64,000 nucleotides of DNA from Rotaria sp. (taxonomy: Eukaryota). This document shows positions 1 to 12,682 of the stretch, in pieces. Each line of letters opens with the position of its first letter. The stretch's first letter is position 1. Where the stretch lies: assembly GCA_905330235.1 (NCBI GenBank), contig CAJNUA010000046.1, positions 311,575 through 375,574 on the forward strand, read 5' to 3'. The notes beneath the pieces are model-generated. The model made no database searches and had not been told where the DNA came from. It saw only the letters and a list, made by a program, of their open reading frames with translations. A program made the translations under genes and the position numbers.

Positions 1-3000
1 GTCACTAGGCAAAGGAAAAGTTGCGACTTTCCGAGTAAATATATGATCACGTTTAATTAAGGAAAAAATGCGATTGGTGAGTACAGAAACGGATTATTTA
101 CACACTTTCATAGAATGCGCTACATAAAAAGAAATGTTGATTGACATCTTTCATCAGCAAAAAGAAAAGCCTCAATCTGTTCATGCTGAACATTGCCGCT
201 CATTGACAATAATTGTCTCTGGTGTCCAGTTTTCCAGTTTTTCATCCGTTTTTTAAACTGTTTTGCTTATGCAGTACATAGTCTCGGTAATTGTTTTTAC
301 CTTCTAAGGCAGTGTGTCAGCAGAAAGAGCATTTAAGAATAGACTATATTCCATTTCGATATAAAAGAAGGATGGGTGTTTTCGAAATAACTTTTGATAG
401 AAACAAGATGGACATTTACGGTTTTCCCTGTCTAAATGATGAGGTGAAACTGTATCAAATCATATAGACCAGATTTTTCTGAAAACGTTTCTCGGGATCT
501 GGCATCAAGTTTATTAAAAAGGAAGCATAGCGTAATGTAAAAGTTTTCGAATTCTAATTTTTAGAAATTTACTAGAATCTTTCACTAAAGATCCGTAAAT
601 TATGTTAGTCCGATGTTGCGGCATTCAGTCAATCATGGGTTACAAACATTTTGCTTCGCATTATCGGGATATTTTTCAGAAAAAATTGTCGTTTTTGAGG
701 AACTGACATATTTTCGAAGAAAATAGCGAGTGTAAGTTTTAAGTTCAAGTTTCGCGGCTCCCTTCCCCTCCCTCCTCCGTACCCCCTTCGTTACAGACGC
801 TCTGCAATCGAAGCCACCATTGCAAACATTCTTCGCCTCATTACAAACTTGAGCAATGGATAACAGCAGATATCAGATTTTCTAGTTTTTTGCAAAATTG
901 TCAACATCATTGTTTGTGAGTAGATTAATATATATAATAGAGCGTAAAATCTGCCGTAGATATCATGGATATGTAAAATAGACTTATTTGCCGATTAATT
1001 CAATGCTTATAATAATGAGAAAATTAAACTAAAAAAACACGAGTTAGTAAAAATGAAAAGTAATGAGCGAATATCAATAATGCAAACAAAAATAGGGTAC
1101 CCAAAAACAAACAATTTCTCTTTGAAATACAGCGAAATAATTGAGACAAATCTTTAATTTGCTGATTGATTATCTTCGAATGCAAGTATAATCTATGAAG
1201 GATTTTTCACTTCATCTATTTTGTAGTACTTTAATAAGACTAAAGAATATATGTGAGTTTCACATTTCAGCCTCAAAGAGGCTGCGCTAACAAAATTTTT
1301 TTCGGATTCTTTGACGAAAAATCCACTCTAAAGACCTATTTAAAGGCATCGACTTTTTTAGAAATCTTCATGAGAGACTCGGAAAAAACTGGTCAGAAAA
1401 AATGATCTTTACGAATCGATGCGGTTTCATCTACTATTTTAAATGATGAAAATCGTAGATCTCTATTTGGTTCCTATCAACAACTACTCCTATAATACTC
1501 AATCTTCATTTATTTTGGAATGGATAATAGTTATGATCTTCATGGAGTATTAGTGTGGCTGTGGTTGTGAATGTGCGAGAGTCTTCTCTTCACTTATATC
1601 GACATTCACACCGACATCTGCATCCGCTCACTGATTTATTCCTTAATAAAAAACAAATATCATGGTTTAGTGTCATACTCATTGGATTATATTATCATGA
1701 CAAAAGTTGTGCTTTCTAGCTCTAGACGTGGATTTAATGTATTAAGGCGGTTTTCCAATTCTTTTTTTTTCACTTAGACTTCGTCTCAAATAAAATATCC
1801 CATCAAGTTCTGTTGTTTTTCTAAAGAGCAGAAAGTGGATAGATGATGTCGTAGTAAAACACATGGGCACAAGATATATCAAAATGGTTGAGAACCATGA
1901 GCAACTGCAATAGAACTATTCGAAATTCAGACGAGTTCTCTGCGTCGCGTTCGAGCGTCTATAATTTCTTGACATCGAAAACCATTAGTCAGCAAGGGAA
2001 ATAGCTTAGTTTCTGAATGCAGACAGTTTCTGCGTGTAAGAACGTATCTGGGTTGGATTACTTTTCTATTTCTTGTTACGTGTCTAAGCATAATAGACTC
2101 TACAAGTCAGGTTGCTATGGTATCGAGCAAAACATTCTCTACCATGATTATTTCTTTCCCTGAAAAATCCAAAAAAGTGAAACATTTTGCCAAAGAACGA
2201 TCTCTAATTTTCATGACTTTATCGTTCATATCTGATGGCCTGTTTGTTTGTTTGTGATTCTATCGTAATTTTCTCTAATAATTTCAAAATATTATCATAA
2301 TACTCACTGGTATACTATGACCAACAGTGAATACGAATCCCGCAGCAAGAGAACTTTCGGTCTAAAATGCTCACAAATAAACAGTGCTGCGAGAAAAAAC
2401 ACGAATAGTAATATGTTGAAAAGCAACCATTTAGTCATATGATTTAAAAATAACGAAAAGCTTGTTATCGAGGTTCATGGATGGCAGTATATTTCTACCG
2501 TCAAAATATAACTAAGCGATCCTCAGCGGCATCGCTAGAAATTTTGAACTCTTTACGCTACTAGGACATACTTCATGTAGTGATGGCCAGAAGTGGAATG
2601 GTGCATTCATCTTGGATTTAATTTCGCAACCTAAAGTTTATTAAGTTACAAATGAACAATTAACCTAAAACTTTTCTATTTACCAGTCAATAGCTACTTT
2701 GAGAATTTTCTCTTAGTTGGAAATTAAATAGCTCTAAGTTACTGAATTACTCGCAAATAGCTCACTCGCATGCCACCAAGTTACCATTAAACAGATAAAT
2801 TTTAGTTAACGAGTGACAGCAAATGAATAATTTTGAATTACGAAGTTTTTTGTAGTTTAGTAGCTTGAAAGTCAGATTGTTATTAGAAACTAGGGAATTT
2901 ACAGAAACTAAATTACTAATAACTAATAGAGAAAACTTATTTATTATTTGTAACTAGGCAACTTCTGAGCTATTTAGTTATTGTGAAATATTCCAGTTCG

Positions 3001-3003
3001 AAG

Positions 3004-4197
3004 TTACCGAGTTACTAGTAAATCAAATGTAAGTACCACGTTCAGGTATAAAAAACCCAGTGAAAAACTAGTTATTTTTCTTTTACCTGTTGTAGACATC
3101 AATATAGTTGTGATTGTAGTTGTTGCTGTGATAGTGGTAGTTTGCGTTGTATTGCTACCTGTACTTGAGCTTTCGGCTGTGGTTGTTGTGGTCGAGGTCA
3201 CGTCTGCGTTTATAATAATCGTTGCCGTGGTTGTCGTGCTGGCTGTGGTGATCGCGGCTATGGCTGCGGTTGTTGTAGTCGATGTTACTTCTGTTGTTGT
3301 TGTAATTATTGTCATGGTTGTCGCGATAGTTGTTGTGGTCGAGGCCACGGCTGTGGTTGTTGTAATTGTTGTCGTGGTTGTCGCGGTGGTTGTTGTAATT
3401 GTTGTCGTGGTTGTCGCGGTGGTTGTTGTGGTCGAGGTCATGGCTGTGGTTGTTGTAGTCGAGGTTATGGCTGCGGTTGTTGTAATTGTTGTTGTTGTGG
3501 TCGAGCTCATGGCTGTGGTTGTTGTAATTGTTGTCGCGGTTGTGGCGGTGGTTGTTGTGGTCGAGGTCATGGCTGTGGTTGTTGTAGTCGAGGTTATGGC
3601 TGTGGTTGTTGTAATTGTTGTTGTTGTGGTCGAGGTCATGGCTGTGGTTGTTGTAGTCGAGGTCATGGCTGTGGTTGTTGTAATTGTTGTCGTGGTTGTG
3701 GCGGTGGTTGTTGTGGTCGAGGTCATGGCTGTGGTTGTTGTAGTCGAGGTCATGGCTGTTGTTGTTGTAATTGTTGTCGTGGTTGTGGCGGTGGTTGTTG
3801 TGGTCGAGGTCATGGCTGTGGCTGTTGTAGTCGAGGTTATGGCTGTGGTTGTTGTAATTGTTGCTGTTGTGATCGAGCTCATGGCTGTGGTTGTTGTACT
3901 TGTTGTCGTGGTTGTGGCGGTGGTTGTTGTGGTCGAGGTCATGGCTGTGGTTGTTGTAGTCGAGGTCATGGCTGTGGTTGTTGTAATTGTTGTCGTGGTT
4001 GTTGCGGTGGTTGTTGTGGTCGAGGTCATGGCTGCGGTTGTTGTAGTCGAGGTTATGGCTGAGGTTGTTGTGCTGGTCATCTTAGTCGTCGTGGTGGTTA
4101 TTGCTGCGATCTCTGTGTACGTTACGGAGGTAGTTGTTACGGTTGTGTGGGTGGTTGCGATGCCCGGAGTTGTCGTAGTCACTATTGTTGTTGTCAT
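3004..4197 (-). CDS. Thr-rich mucin-like repetitive protein (ORF may be incomplete at 5' end; no signal peptide at this Met)
   Basis: 397-aa ORF, >70% Thr, with reiterated AMTSTTTTTATTTTTITTTT-type units; encoded by the tandem repeat at 3110-4080. The plus-strand poly-Val ORF is its mirror image. Coding status is uncertain. Confidence 0.35.
   Translation of the reverse strand: MTTTIVTTTTPGIATTHTTVTTTSVTYTEIAAITTTTTKMTSTTTSAITSTTTTAAMTSTTTTTATTTTTITTTTAMTSTTTTTAMTSTTTTTATTTTTSTTTTAMSSITTATITTTTAITSTTTATAMTSTTTTTATTTTTITTTTAMTSTTTTTAMTSTTTTTATTTTTITTTTAMTSTTTTTAMTSTTTTTITTTTAITSTTTTTAMTSTTTTTATTATTITTTTAMSSTTTTTITTTAAITSTTTTTAMTSTTTTTATTTTTITTTTATTTTTITTTTAVASTTTTIATTMTIITTTTEVTSTTTTAAIAAITTASTTTTATIIINADVTSTTTTTAESSSTGSNTTQTTTITATTTITTILMSTTGKRKITSFSLGFLYLNVVLTFDLLVTR
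3110..4080. repeat. imperfect tandem minisatellite with nested ~39-nt and ~126-nt periodicities (GTT/GTG-rich on plus, ACN-rich on minus)
   Basis: Motifs such as gtcgaggtcatggctgtggttgttgtag recur more than 15 times. Confidence 0.85.
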
Positions 4198-6689
4198 TAG
4201 GATTGAGGCTTTGAAAGAGAAACAGAGGTAGAATGAATAGGGATGTCAGGTGCAAAGGGTGTTGGATGGAGGATACCTGAAGTCTGATCCGAATGCTTGC
4301 TCTGTCGGCTGAAATAAATACTTGGGACGAGAACCGCGGCCAGAATGCCAAAAGACAATGATACTAACAAGATTTTGTGAAATCTACGAGAACAAGTCTA
4401 TGTGCAAGTTGAAAGGAATAAGGAAGATACATACGGTATCATTGTGATTGTGTCAGTTAAACAGGAGCTTGCTTGGTGATTTTGGAAACTACTTCAAGAA
4501 AAGAATACGTAGTTTTAGTGCGAGCAGAGTAGATGAAGTTTTTGTGCGTATATGATCTGAAAATTTTAATTGTAGATGACTTCGATACTATTGGTAGCAA
4601 TGGCAAAGTTTGCTGTATTAATGAATACTCGTTGCTATTGTTTTGTAACACAATTGGTCGGTTAATAGTTTCTCGTTAAAAGTAGATCTTGTAGCGAAAA
4701 TTGTCGTCAAGGAATTCGCAATATTTGTTCGCGATTTGTGCGAAAGTCGATTAGCAACACGAGAAAAAATAACTGCATTAATTCTTTCCTGATCGCACAC
4801 GATCGAGACGAAGAATGAGGTGAGGCTGTGGTTGTCGGTATTTCTGCGGATGTGAGTAAAGACAATAGGCACACTTACACAGACAGTCTCTCTTTCGAAG
4901 AGTAGTCTTAGTGACGTTAGAAAAATATAATGACCTGATGCCAGGTACAAGATGAAGTGAACAGAATCCAAATTCGAACTGTACTCTGACTTTTCATTTG
5001 AAACGGATACGATGGGGCAAAGAACAGAGGACGAGGTAAGATACAATGGTAAACTGCTTCAACAGCATTGAGGAATTTCATGAATTTCAGTCGACAGAGC
5101 TTAATGAACTGTGCTTGTAGCGAAACTTTAAAACCAAAATGAGATCATAATGAAAAGATATTTATTTACGAATTGTCTTGTTTTCTGATGTTTCGAGTAA
5201 TATGACAAATTATGTGCCTTACCAATGGTCATCCGAATAAAAATCAAAGGCAAGTAGTCTATTTTTTAAAGGTTGAAAAAGTCCAGAAATCATTCTATTC
5301 AAGCTTGCAGAAAAATGTTTCGGTTATAATGCAGAGCACCACTACTTCGAAGTATTGAATGTAAATTGTGGACTTACAGATAAAATATTGGATGCATCTC
5401 TATCTCACGCGTAAAATACTCTCTGAGAATTTGGTATATAGCGTATCAACTTCCCATTTTAATGTCCAACGCAGGTCTTAAGGTCCCTCCTGATTATGAA
5501 GGAACTTTTTTCTACAACTATTTTCAAAATGGTTATACTAGTGCTTTCGAAACCGTGTCTATCAAGTAAGCTAAGGAATAGGTTATCTGTTTGATCAACT
5601 TTTTGAAAAAGTAGCTAGTGTTCATTCCAGAGACAGTCAGTGTGTGGTTTCTGAAAATTGTCAATCTTGTCCTTAATTGCATACGAAAGAGAGTGCCTTT
5701 TGCACTGAGATCATGCCCTAGTGTTAATCTAGAACATCTGATATGAATATTACATGGAAGTTCTGTATTTCTTCCAAAGAAATTTGTTATGCATGAACTA
5801 TCGATATACATTTTGTCGAACAAAGTTGGTGTATCTGTTCCTATTCTTCAAAACCGAAGGAGCGTGGAATGTAAACCAAATCAAGGATGATATTCACGCC
5901 GATGAAACCACCTATTTTTGATCCATCACAAAGAAAGATATGCTTAAAAACGTTTTTCTTATTAAGACAAAGTCGAAAAGGCATGTATTTTTTCCTCAGA
6001 TCTTATTTTGCCATTGTGATCAAAATTAGTTTTTTTCAACTTTTAATTACTCTAAAAATATATTTTTTGGAAAACTCAGTATATAAATATGACAGAACTT
6101 GAAATTCTGTGTCGTTCCATATATTTTTTGTTGTGTTTTGCATTCATGTGCTGAAAAATGATTTGAGTATTACATACGAGGCTCTTCATAGTTTTTCGAA
6201 GTGGGAGAAGCTAAATTTTTTTCGCAGACAGTGTGTAAAATTTTTCGCAGACATTGCTGAAAAGTCAAATGGGGAAGATGGAAGCGGCGAGGGCAAAAGG
6301 TTAGGAATTATTTTAAGCAGAGATGACATAAAATTTTTTCCAATGTCCAAATTGGGCAAAATTCTTTTTGCTCGGAATTTAATTTCGTACGAAATGTGGA
6401 CTTCGGCAAACTTCACTAACTGGTACAGAATTAAACTCAATGTCTCAGAAAGAGACCATTTCTCGCCGATTGCTAAGAGTTATACTTTTTAAAATTTCCG
6501 AAAAAAGTCTTTCATATGCAATGCAGAGTCGTTTCCTAATATTGTTGCCACCGAAGGCGGCTACACTTATGATGATCAGTCGTTAGTGAAACGCTTGTTA
6601 AGCTTAATTTTAAAAATCGCAGTCGACTGTGATCTTGTTTCACAGAAAGACAACTGAGCTTGCCGTAAGAGGAAGGAAGGTTTACTAAA

Positions 6690-7260
6690 GCTTTGTTTCA
6701 GATTCGATGCAAGCTCTATTGTGTCTATGAGATTCGTCGAGGTTACAGACTGCGCGCAAGATTTGCGAGACCTAGACTGCTTACTAGATCTAGCAGAAGT
6801 CACAGATTTTCTGCCAGATTTCCCAAACCTATTCTGTTTTCTAAATCTGATAGAACCACAGATTGTCTGGGAAATACAGCAGAAACTATAGACTACCTGC
6901 GAAAAATATAGATATAGGCTGTCAGCAAGATTTACCAGACCTGCATTGTCTGCTAGATTTGATAGAACTGCTGACTGTGTGTCGGGTGCAGCAGAAACCA
7001 CAGACAGACTGTAAGTTCTGACAGAAGTCAAAGACTATCTGCCAGACTTGCTAGTCATGTAGTTTCTGTTAGACATAATGGAACTGAAGACTATTTGGCA
7101 GATTCAGCGAAAACCATAAACAGCCTGCCAATTTTGCTAGGCGTGACAGAAGTCATTGACTGTCTGTCTGATTTGCCAGGCCTACGCTATCTGATATATC
7201 TGCTAATCAAGACTGTCTGCTGGATGTGCCAGAAGTCGAAGATTGCTTGAAAATTTGGCA
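6690..7260. repeat. degenerate tandem repeat, ~36-40-bp units of ctgccagatttgc/gacagaagtca-type motifs
   Basis: Repeated words ctgccagat, gactgtctg and cagaagtca(a/t)agac are visible in register. The Ser/Arg-rich 151-aa minus ORF is a by-product of the repeat. Confidence 0.5.
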
Positions 7261-7299
7261 GACAGTTAACCAGAAAATTTTCGCGGACACATAAAAACA

Positions 7300-7333
7300 G
7301 TGGGAGGGGCTAGCTCACCCCATCCCCTCCCAC
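7300..7333. other. GC-rich perfect hairpin (10-bp stem gtgggagggg / cccctcccac, 14-nt loop)
   Basis: Exact reverse-complement arms read directly; isolated GC island in AT-rich DNA. Confidence 0.5.
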
Positions 7334-7569
7334 ATCGAAAGCCACGATCACATAGACACTCGCCTTCACAAGCTCTAAAACAAAGTAGAACATTTTACTC
7401 TTTCTTTCGTCATTTGTTTCTAAAGTTCAGAACGATAGAATGTGCTAGACAGCATCAGGAGATATAATTACTTGTTCAAAAGATTATGTTTATACTCACA
7501 ATAAAGTTGAAATGAAAAGCAAAGTGTCACTAGAAAATTCAATTTTTTTCGGCTTTCCTAAGGAGGTTA

Positions 7570-8570
7570 TCTGAAGGGTGATCCAAAAGTCTTGGGCCCT
7601 CTCAGAAAAATTGTTCGTTCTTCCTTATAGTAAACTCAAAAATGCTCAAACTCTGGTATCTTATCCCTTGTAAGTAGGTGAATATTACCCCAAAGTTTCA
7701 TGTCTCTACCCCTTATTATAAGGGAGATATATGGGCTAACATTGTTGAAATCTTATTTTTTTATGTCCAAAAAATAATGGTTGGCTCATAATACATGTAC
7801 ATGGGTCACTTTTGCGTTGCATTTTCCCACCACTTGATACGTTCTATTAAGAAAACAAAATATACCACAAGATGCAGCGCAAAAAGCTCTACAATCTACA
7901 CAGTAAAGAGCATTTTAATTATGTAATTTTTGTTTTCAAAAAAAGAAAAACTCTGTACGATTAAGTTTGCCATTGCAAAAACTGATCGCGCAAAGTTTTG
8001 CTTTTTTTGCAAACAAAAATTACATAATTAAAATGCGCTTTACTGTGTAGGTTGTAGAGCTTTTCACGCTGCATCTTGTGGTATATTTTACTTTTTCTTA
8101 ATAAAATGTATTAGGTCACAAAAAAGTGAAAGAAAAACGAATTTTTCCTTCTTGTAGAAAAAGAAGATTTTTTTACGACGGCGAAAATTGATTGCATAGA
8201 GTTTCGCTTTTTTTTTGGAATCAAAAACTATATAATTGAAATATACTTTACTGTGTAGATTGTAGAGCTTTTCATGCTGCATCTTGCGGTATATTTTGTT
8301 TACTTATCATGTGGTGGAAAAATGAAACGCAAAAGTGGCCCATTTATTATGCGCCAACCATTATTTTTAGGACATGGAAAAATAAGCTTTCTAGAATGTT
8401 AGCCTATATATCTCCCTTATAATAAGGGATAGAGACATGAAACTTTGGGGTAATATTCGCCTACTTACAAGGGATAAGATATTAGAGTTTGAGTATTTTT
8501 GAGTTTACTATAAGGGAGAACGAACAATTTTTCTGAGAGGGTCCATGACTTTTGGATCACCCTTTATGTA
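7570..8570. mobile_element. foldback / MITE-like nonautonomous element, ~1 kb, ~300-bp terminal inverted arms plus internal inverted subrepeats
   Basis: 7575-7860 is the reverse complement of 8285-8564 (agggtgatccaaaagtcttgggccctctcagaaaaattgttcgttc...). An internal ataccacaagatgcagcg...aaaagctctacaa motif occurs in both orientations at 7861-7920, 8040-8090 and 8230-8290. No ORF. Confidence 0.6.
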
Positions 8571-9710
8571 ATGCTCTAATTATTATCCAGCACATATATG
8601 CACGACAGAAGAAATATATATAGGATGACAGAAAATTTTAAACTCCATCACAGTATATGTTTGTTTTTCTAAAAAAAAGTGTTTCTACAGTAATGAAAAA
8701 TTGAAAAAATTAATTTTGATGACAGTCATAAAATAAAGTCCGTCAGAATGTGAGGATGAGAGTAATTTCATCGCACTCATTTTATTTTGATAATACATAA
8801 GTGCAAACTAATGCAAGACTGTTCAGATGGATTGTAAACTCTAAGCGTTTTTAAATTATGCGTTTATTTTTTGTAAAAATATGTTTTTATAGTGATGATA
8901 TTTTTCAAATATAGACTGCAAATATTCATTTCGCGTGAGATAGAAACATGTTGAAACTCGTGGCCTTCCTTGTGGTATTGGTTTCAGCTGTGTCCATAGG
9001 CTATCAGATTTATACACTTATCTGGCAGTGTCGCTTTTGATACGAAGACTGCGTCGTACTATTGAACTTACTTTTCCCGTTTGGATGATGCATTGCACTA
9101 TCATATCGGTGTAACTTTTCCATGAAAATGAAGTGAAACGCTATACACATTCTTTTAATGAGAAATGAAAAGTGTCTGTTTTGAAAATCATCAGATAAGC
9201 AAGAAAGTATATGATTGGTGAAAAATGTTGTTAATATATCATTTATTTTGTCGTTATTACAATTTCTCATTTTCACCGTCTTCATGGAAACACAGATGGT
9301 GTACGAGGATAAAACGGGAATGGAAACACAGACAATAGATAGAAATAATGAAGAGAAATAGGGAAAGTAATTAGAATTGAATGACGTCTTAGAAGCTTAC
9401 TCACTCTTAAGTTACTTTACTTTATTGCAGAAGTACTCACACCCACATATGATTACTTTTTTTGGAAAGAAATTGGGTTTTAAGGAAAACTTACATCGGT
9501 ATATGGCTATATTCTCTTCGATTTGTTTAGATTCCTTATGGTAACTGGTTTACTCGTGAAGCCTTTAACTGTCCTCTGAACGTTGTCGTTCTAAAGAGAT
9601 TATGTGTTATTTACATACATCCAGTCCAAACAGTATCCGGGCATCCCTATGTTTTTTCGTAGCTCCTGGTTTGCGAAGCAGAAACAAGAGATAAATTTTT
9701 TCTTTTATTC

Positions 9711-10090
9711 CACCAATAGATAGTCCTTATTTTGTGCATTTTCCCACAGGCTTTCTAGCGGTATATTTGGAGATTATTTTTGATAAGAAATGCATTGTCA
9801 TCTTTTACTCGCACTGTGGTATTAGGCATGTTCAAGAATCTGATTTCTTTTAAAATAGTTTACGTGGTAAAAATTATCTTCCTTCATTGAAATATTATAC
9901 CAACAGATAGAGCGTCCTTTGCTCGTTCTAGCGGCATGCAGATAATATAATTTTAATGTCAGGAGATCGAGAACCTAATATATTGGAAAATCGGACATTT
10001 TCACGAGAAACGTCCCCGTAATTCGAGATGATAGTCAAAATTGCTGCTTTTTATAGGAAACCTAGTTCGCAGTAAGGACTATCTACTGGT
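9711..10090. mobile_element. putative MITE-like element with ~17-bp terminal inverted repeats (ccaatagatagtcctta / taaggactatctactgg) and an internal tandem duplication
   Basis: TIRs at 9711-9730 and 10071-10090. Internal units 9712-9890 and 9893-10060 share ccaMcagatag..tcct...ttctagcgg. Confidence 0.35.
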
Positions 10091-10595
10091 AGAAAAAGAA
10101 AGAAATTATCTTTTGTTTCTCTTTCGCAAATCAAGAAATACGAAAAAGCATAGGGGTGTCCTTATACTTTTTGGACTGGGTGTATATAGGCAGGAGAATA
10201 AAGCTACAACGAAGAAAAAAAAAGAAAATAATAAGAATGAACAAGGAAGAATGAGGAAAAAGGAAGAAAAAAGAGAAACAGGTGAAAAGGCTTCTGAGAA
10301 CTGCAAAGCCTCAAAAATTTCTTTCATCGAGTTTTCCAGTTGAATCTGTCATGCTATGAGATGGTATCCACATTGTGCCTATACTAAACACATCGGTGCA
10401 GAATCAAAACATTTTGATATATGTAGAAAACGAAACCGTCCCGTATATTTTTGCCATAAAGGTCTGTGAATGGTCAGCGAAATTTTCTCTAGTGAGTGAA
10501 AACCACCGAGTGCTCTTGCTAATGCTTTGTAGTATTTTTTCCCACTGGATGATGCAAATGAATTACAAAATAATTCAAAATTTTTATATTCTACC

Positions 10596-10893
10596 GGGAT
10601 CTCCCAGGACCTCCAGTATCTCCCAGAACCTCCAGTATCTACCAGAATCTCCAGGATCTTCAGGATCTACGAGGACCTCTAGGACCTTCTACGATCTACC
10701 TGGACTCCCAGGATCTGCCAGGATCTCCAGGATCTACCAGAACCTCCAGGATCTGCCAGGATCTCCAGGATCTTCCAGAATATACCAGGACCTCCAGGAT
10801 CTACGAGGACCACCAGGATCTACCAGAACCTCGAGAACCTTCAAGGATCTACCAGGACCTCCAGAATCTATCAGAATCTCCAGAACCTACCGG
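10596..10893. repeat. 9-bp tandem repeat (YYCCAGRAYCT)n, about 33 units
   Basis: ccaggatct / ccagaacct / ccaggacct units in register. Creates a 213-aa plus-strand ORF (10375-11016) of low-complexity PGSP/QDLQ peptide, probably not a real gene. Not collagen Gly-X-Y. Confidence 0.8.
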
Positions 10894-11274
10894 GGTTTAA
10901 CTATGGTCTACTACGGTCTGGATGTGGTTGCCATGAAGCAACTTACATCACGTCTCTCTCGATGTGAGTACCACAAAACCCTAGTTGACCCTGGTATATC
11001 CTGGAGATTCTGCTAGACTCTGGTATATGAGAATAAATTTATAATAATTATATGCATATATTCCTATAAATATGTAATATAGAAATTTTGAATTATTTTG
11101 TAATTCATTTGCGTCATGAACTCTTTTTTCCAGTAGATATTAGCACACATCATTGAGTAACTGTTCATCATAGACGGAAGCGAGGAAGAAATCTTTCTAG
11201 CAAAGGCAGTGATATACACGTTGTAGCGATGTGTAGTAAAAGTGGGTGTCGGTATGGGATGTGGAGCCTGGATC

Positions 11275-11341
11275 TGTGTGTGTGGGTGTGGGTGTGGGTG
11301 TGGGTGTGAGAGACTAGAAAAGTAACATCCACAACCACACC
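11275..11341. repeat. interstitial telomeric repeat (TGTGGG)x5 followed 15 nt later by degenerate C-strand (catccacaaccacacc)
   Basis: tgtgtgtgtgggtgtgggtgtgggtgtgggtgtgag ... catccacaaccacacc read directly. TGTGGG is the bdelloid telomeric unit. Confidence 0.7.
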
Positions 11342-11786
11342 TTTTACTCTCTCGAACTTAACTAACTTCACTTCATTCGCAAACTCATTATAAATCTTTA
11401 CAGATTTTTCCTCACCACCCTCATCAAGACAGATTCAATGTGTGTTTGAAAATTTTAAGTTGAACATATATGAAGTTCTCTCATATATTTGCTGATATTG
11501 CATATTCAGATGCTTTTGCCATATCCGATGAATTTTCTAACGTCTTGCAACACTTATAAAATATATCTGCTGTTCATGCTTATAATAAAATACTTTTTAT
11601 GTATGAAAATAAGTTCAAATGAAGGGCATTGTCTTCACGTGGACAATTGTACCGTTGAAAAAAATCGATTATCAAAGTTTATTTCTTTGAGAAGTAATGA
11701 ATCAATCAGTATGCAAGAAACTTTATACAACAGCAATGAAGAACACACTCCTTCCTCCCTTCCCACCAGAATAGGGTATGGATGCC

Positions 11787-11817
11787 GTGTGGGTGACGAA
11801 GAGACCCACGCCCACAA
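11787..11817. repeat. short head-to-head telomere-like pair (gtgtgggtg ... cccacgcccaca)
   Basis: Read directly; same G-then-C orientation as the other three loci. Confidence 0.4.
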
Positions 11818-12682
11818 AATAATTGAAAATTTCTATATGTTGTTGAGGAGAGTTATTTACAGAATTTACTGAGGTCTACCAGAATATACCACTATTAACA
11901 GGGATGTGAATGTAATCACAGACTCAGCCCAACCCGAAGTACATACACATCCTGGCAGACCATAGTACATTCTACAGATACTATTGATACAAATTATTAA
12001 GAACTGAATTGTTTTATAATTCATTTTTTTTATAATTACTTTATAATGCATTTGCGTCATCCATTGCTATTACTACTGTAGAATCCACTTCTGCATTCAA
12101 TTCAATTACCATGGTTTGTTTTACAATTCTAGGTGACTCTAATTCGACCGTCAATAAAACTGTTTTGATTCATATTCTTATAAGCATAGGCATTTGATCC
12201 GAACTGTATTGAATAAAACTTGAAGAAACTTCGAACGAAACTATAGAAAATTCATGCAAATTGCTTGAACTGTTCAAGAGCTCTTCATGATTATTTTTAT
12301 TTCGATAGACTTTTGGAACAGTCTATATTGTATCATCATACAGATTTTTCAAGAGGTATGGCGTAAATCTATTTATTGATGATTCTGTTTCATGATTAAA
12401 GAAATATTATTTTATTTCAAATAAAACTCGCGTAAATATTCTTCTTAAAAATTTTGAAAAGCACGAAAACAAAATACATTTTACATAAAAGAATTGTTAA
12501 ACGATTCTTTGCTTAACATTGACAGTAAATAATTAAAAACAATGAAGAACATGTTCTTGAAGAATCAAGCAGATTTAGTCGATATTTTATATATATGCCA
12601 GTACTTGTTTTGGTTTGTTTAACCTATAGAAAAAATTACTTTCCTTGACATTATTTTAGTGAAACCTATTTCTTACCTTCTT

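Noticed and set aside
2640-3000. Low-complexity tract with reiterated agttac / aaatagct / tagctc words
   Set aside because: Word repetition without clear period or inverted structure; could not be resolved into a defined repeat unit by eye.
3110-4231. 373-aa poly-Val plus-strand ORF
   Set aside because: Mirror image of the minus-strand Thr-rich repeat ORF. Poly-Val/Ile with no plausible protein context, so it is a by-product of the minisatellite.
6109-6492. 127-aa plus-strand ORF and neighbouring 5887-6102 ORF
   Set aside because: No recognisable domain, Phe/Lys-rich as expected from AT-rich noncoding DNA, and no splice or promoter context.
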